This document shows, in pieces, positions 61,178-64,000 of a DNA stretch of 64,000 nucleotides. The DNA comes from Botryllus schlosseri. Lineage: Eukaryota. Numbering within the stretch: position 1 is the stretch's first letter; the number at the start of each line of letters is the position of its first letter. Position numbers and translations under genes: made by a program. The stretch covers positions 25,050,001 through 25,114,000 of the forward strand of contig CM119371.1 of the NCBI GenBank assembly GCA_051294905.1, read 5' to 3'. The notes under the pieces are model-generated. The model did not search any database. It was not told where the DNA came from and saw only the letters and a program-made list of their open reading frames with translations.

Positions 61178-63794
61178 ATTCGATCTACAGTGTACAGCGA
61201 ACAATCATGTAATAAATATTACACGTTATATATTGCCTTGCACTTGGTTCAACTACAATAACAAATAAGGCGATCAACTTACGCAATAATGACGTAATCA
61301 TATCTCAGCGTTACTGAACCGGAACCAAGCAAAGCCGCTCTCGTAATAACTAGAGTAATCAACTACCAATCATAATGACGTAATCATTACTGCACATGCT
61401 TGAACTGCAATATGGGCTGACCTTATTTGACTGAAACGCGCTCGGTGGTGCAATAATGGGAATGAATTGTGACAGATTATACTCGGGTTGCTAATTCAAA
61501 GTCCAAAAAATCCGGCTAGCACGTAAAGTCCTGTTATTTTCACATGTTGCGAGGGCAAAATACAGCATAAATCCGACTCTCAAGGCCATTTGGCCGCATC
61601 CAGTCTGGCTTCGCTGAAAACTGATGAAATCTGTGCCGGGTCCGGAGATGTTTCGTGACCTCCTCCGTCCAGACAAGATTTTTCTGCTGTAATATAGGTG
61701 TCGTTGTATAATAATTCACGTACAAAGAGACTTGGTATCGCCCCTTTGGCGGAATTCTGTTTGATTCGTCTATACAGGTGTTATTAGTGCGATCAGATTT
61801 GGCACCTCAAGGAGTATATTGATAAAAATTGTATCACGATGACAATAACTTTATCGGTCAACATGCGGTCAACGGTCAACGATGCGGTGTGATGTACGTA
61901 AATCAGCTGTGATCAATCGAGCGTGACACAATCGCTGTCAGTCATCAATCTGCGACTTGACAAAAACTCGCGTTTTCGGGTTGTCAGCAACACAGTGCGA
62001 TATATTTGATGTCCCCATCGACCCTCCTATTTTAATAGGGTTACCATGCGGCCTCATTTAGGGGAGTATATGTCCTCCATTTCCCAGATATGTCACCCCA
62101 TTCGCCCAAATGTACTATCTTTCTGTCGGTTTGTCCTCCTTGTTAGCTTAACATATCCAAAAAAACACCACGAGTAACGCAAAATGTGGGCCTAGATTAC
62201 AAAAGTCGGGTATGTAGCTAAATCGGAAAAATGTCGCTATGATGGTATTGTGCCGGCTATTACGTGGATACGGTGGCCTGTGTAAACATGTGAATAGTAA
62301 AATCGCCCCAAACTCCCGTTACATGAGAAAAGATCGAGCGTAATCGACCATGTCGGGCCCACCTTCGTACAGCCAAATGATCCAATTTCGTACCGAGAAT
62401 AGCCGGGGTGGTGGTACATCATTCTCACGAGATGTACTTTGGAATGCGTGTGAAATCGTCATCGTCCGCTACTCGACTAAAGCAGAATATAGCTTTGAAG
62501 TACTCAAGTAGAAGTAGTTTTAAAAGAAATGTCGGTATCGTGAAATTGCTTTCTATCCTAATTATAAAGAGTAGGCCTCCATAAAACTATCGAGCCAAAA
62601 TACAGTTTCGAAGCGACCCGGTAATTTGTAAATCTTATCTATGGGTTGCGCGGTGTGGTAATTGATTAGAGAGAAGCAGACACGGCGGTGCCTGTATAAC
62701 GAGGCTGTTCTCAAATCCACATTGTCTTCGTTATTATCGGGGAGATATGGCTTTGCAGCGACATTGAGGTAGTTAAAATATATTGGTTAAATACGATTTA
62801 TTCCTCATATATGGGGATCAACGGGTGAATAATGTATGGATTCAGTAATTCGCCAAGTACTTCATTTTCTCCGGCCCGCCGACCGAAGGAGTTGCCCGCC
62901 CCTTGTATAACACACATGTAAATGGTACAATAGCGACAGCTAACGGTTGTTAATCATCCATAAATATACAGCTAACCGGTAATACAGCCCTCAAGGATAA
63001 ACTAGGAATATCTGTGTGAGTCGCCTCGATCGACCCATGCGGCAAGTTTAGACACGAAAGTATTTTGAGGTGTGATATAATCCCAGTAATTTTACTGTAT
63101 TTTTCCACGCACACGTACCACAATCGAAAACGGGGTTCGTCCGTCTGATTCCCCGCGTTTGCCTCGAAGAAAAGTATCGGAGTGATCATTGGATCTATAC
63201 GCCAAGTCTGTCCACCACTTTTGAGTAGATATTTGGAAAGACCGGCTCGTGATCACCTCCATACAAGGTCTAATAGTTTTGCGTACAGCGAAACTTTGTA
63301 GCGACCTGCGGGCTGTGCATGTGTTGTTAGTGCAATCGTGTTTAGCCCCACAAGAACGTAATCATTTGAGGATGAATAAAATCTTACCCCACAACGATAC
63401 CAAATTTACCCCCTCAACGACTCCAACGGTATGTATTTATGTAAATTTCATATTTTTATGAAAAATCTAATCGACTACAAGATACTGTTACGTACCATCT
63501 CTTTCGGTAGGGTTTGTTAGTATTGTAAAATGATGATCGGTAGTTGTGGTCTTGACACTAGGTCTAAAAGGGTAGGGGTATTCGTTAGTGATACACCCGT
63601 CTGACGGTGGGGTATTTGACAAAATCACTCTGTTTTTACTACGGAAACCATGATCCCACTTACGAGCTCTCATCACTTGTCGTACGAATGCTTGTAATAT
63701 CGGTGTGATGTACTCAAAACAGCTGTGATCACTCGAGTGTGACGCGATCGAAGTCAGTCCTATCAGCTGTCCGAGGAAACTCGTATACTCAGTA

Positions 63795-64000
63795 AGAGAG
63801 AGAGAGAGAGTCTTTATTTTCATCCAACCAAAATACATAGCACACGGCAGTGATGGTAGTAAAGAAAATATGCTTGCACAGTATTCGGTATTAGATAGGA
63901 TTGATCGATAAGACCGTGAAGGTCATCTAGTCTGATCACACCAGCATCAAACAGGTACACTTGACTCTAAACAGTCTGGTTGTAAAGGTTGACGGCAATG
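63795..64000 (-). mobile_element. 3' end of another CR1/L2-type LINE (continues beyond the window)
   Basis: AATAAAG followed by a (TC)n tail, the same architecture as the tail at ~13087-13125. Confidence 0.55.

Overview
Eukaryotic (animal, AT-rich, GT-AG introns) DNA; the gene content suggests an ascidian/tunicate, but that is inference. The left 27 kb holds the 3' part (13 exons in this window) of a + strand LDLa-domain class-A GPCR of the GRL101/LGR-related type. Its exons join in consistent phase from an LDLa repeat through TM1-TM7. Its 11.8-kb intron (11818-23662) contains a three-level nest. The outer layer is a near-full-length CR1/L2-group LINE (ORF1 plus PHD-APE-RT ORF2 with two lesions). 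Its 5' region is split by a 5.66-kb hAT (hATm-like) transposon with 128-bp TIRs and a decayed transposase. The left TIR of that transposon carries a 2.0-kb fold-back element whose two ~825-bp arms each contain a mirrored, degenerate transposase C-terminal fragment. The rest of the window is mostly transposon debris: many hAT MITEs with 8-bp TSDs, a 6.3-kb CACTA/EnSpm derivative carrying a spliced SAMD3-like gene remnant, tRNA-derived SINEs, LINE fragments and tandem duplications. A death-domain ORF with decayed downstream sequence lies on the - strand near 61 kb. All calls were made by eye; no database searches were run.
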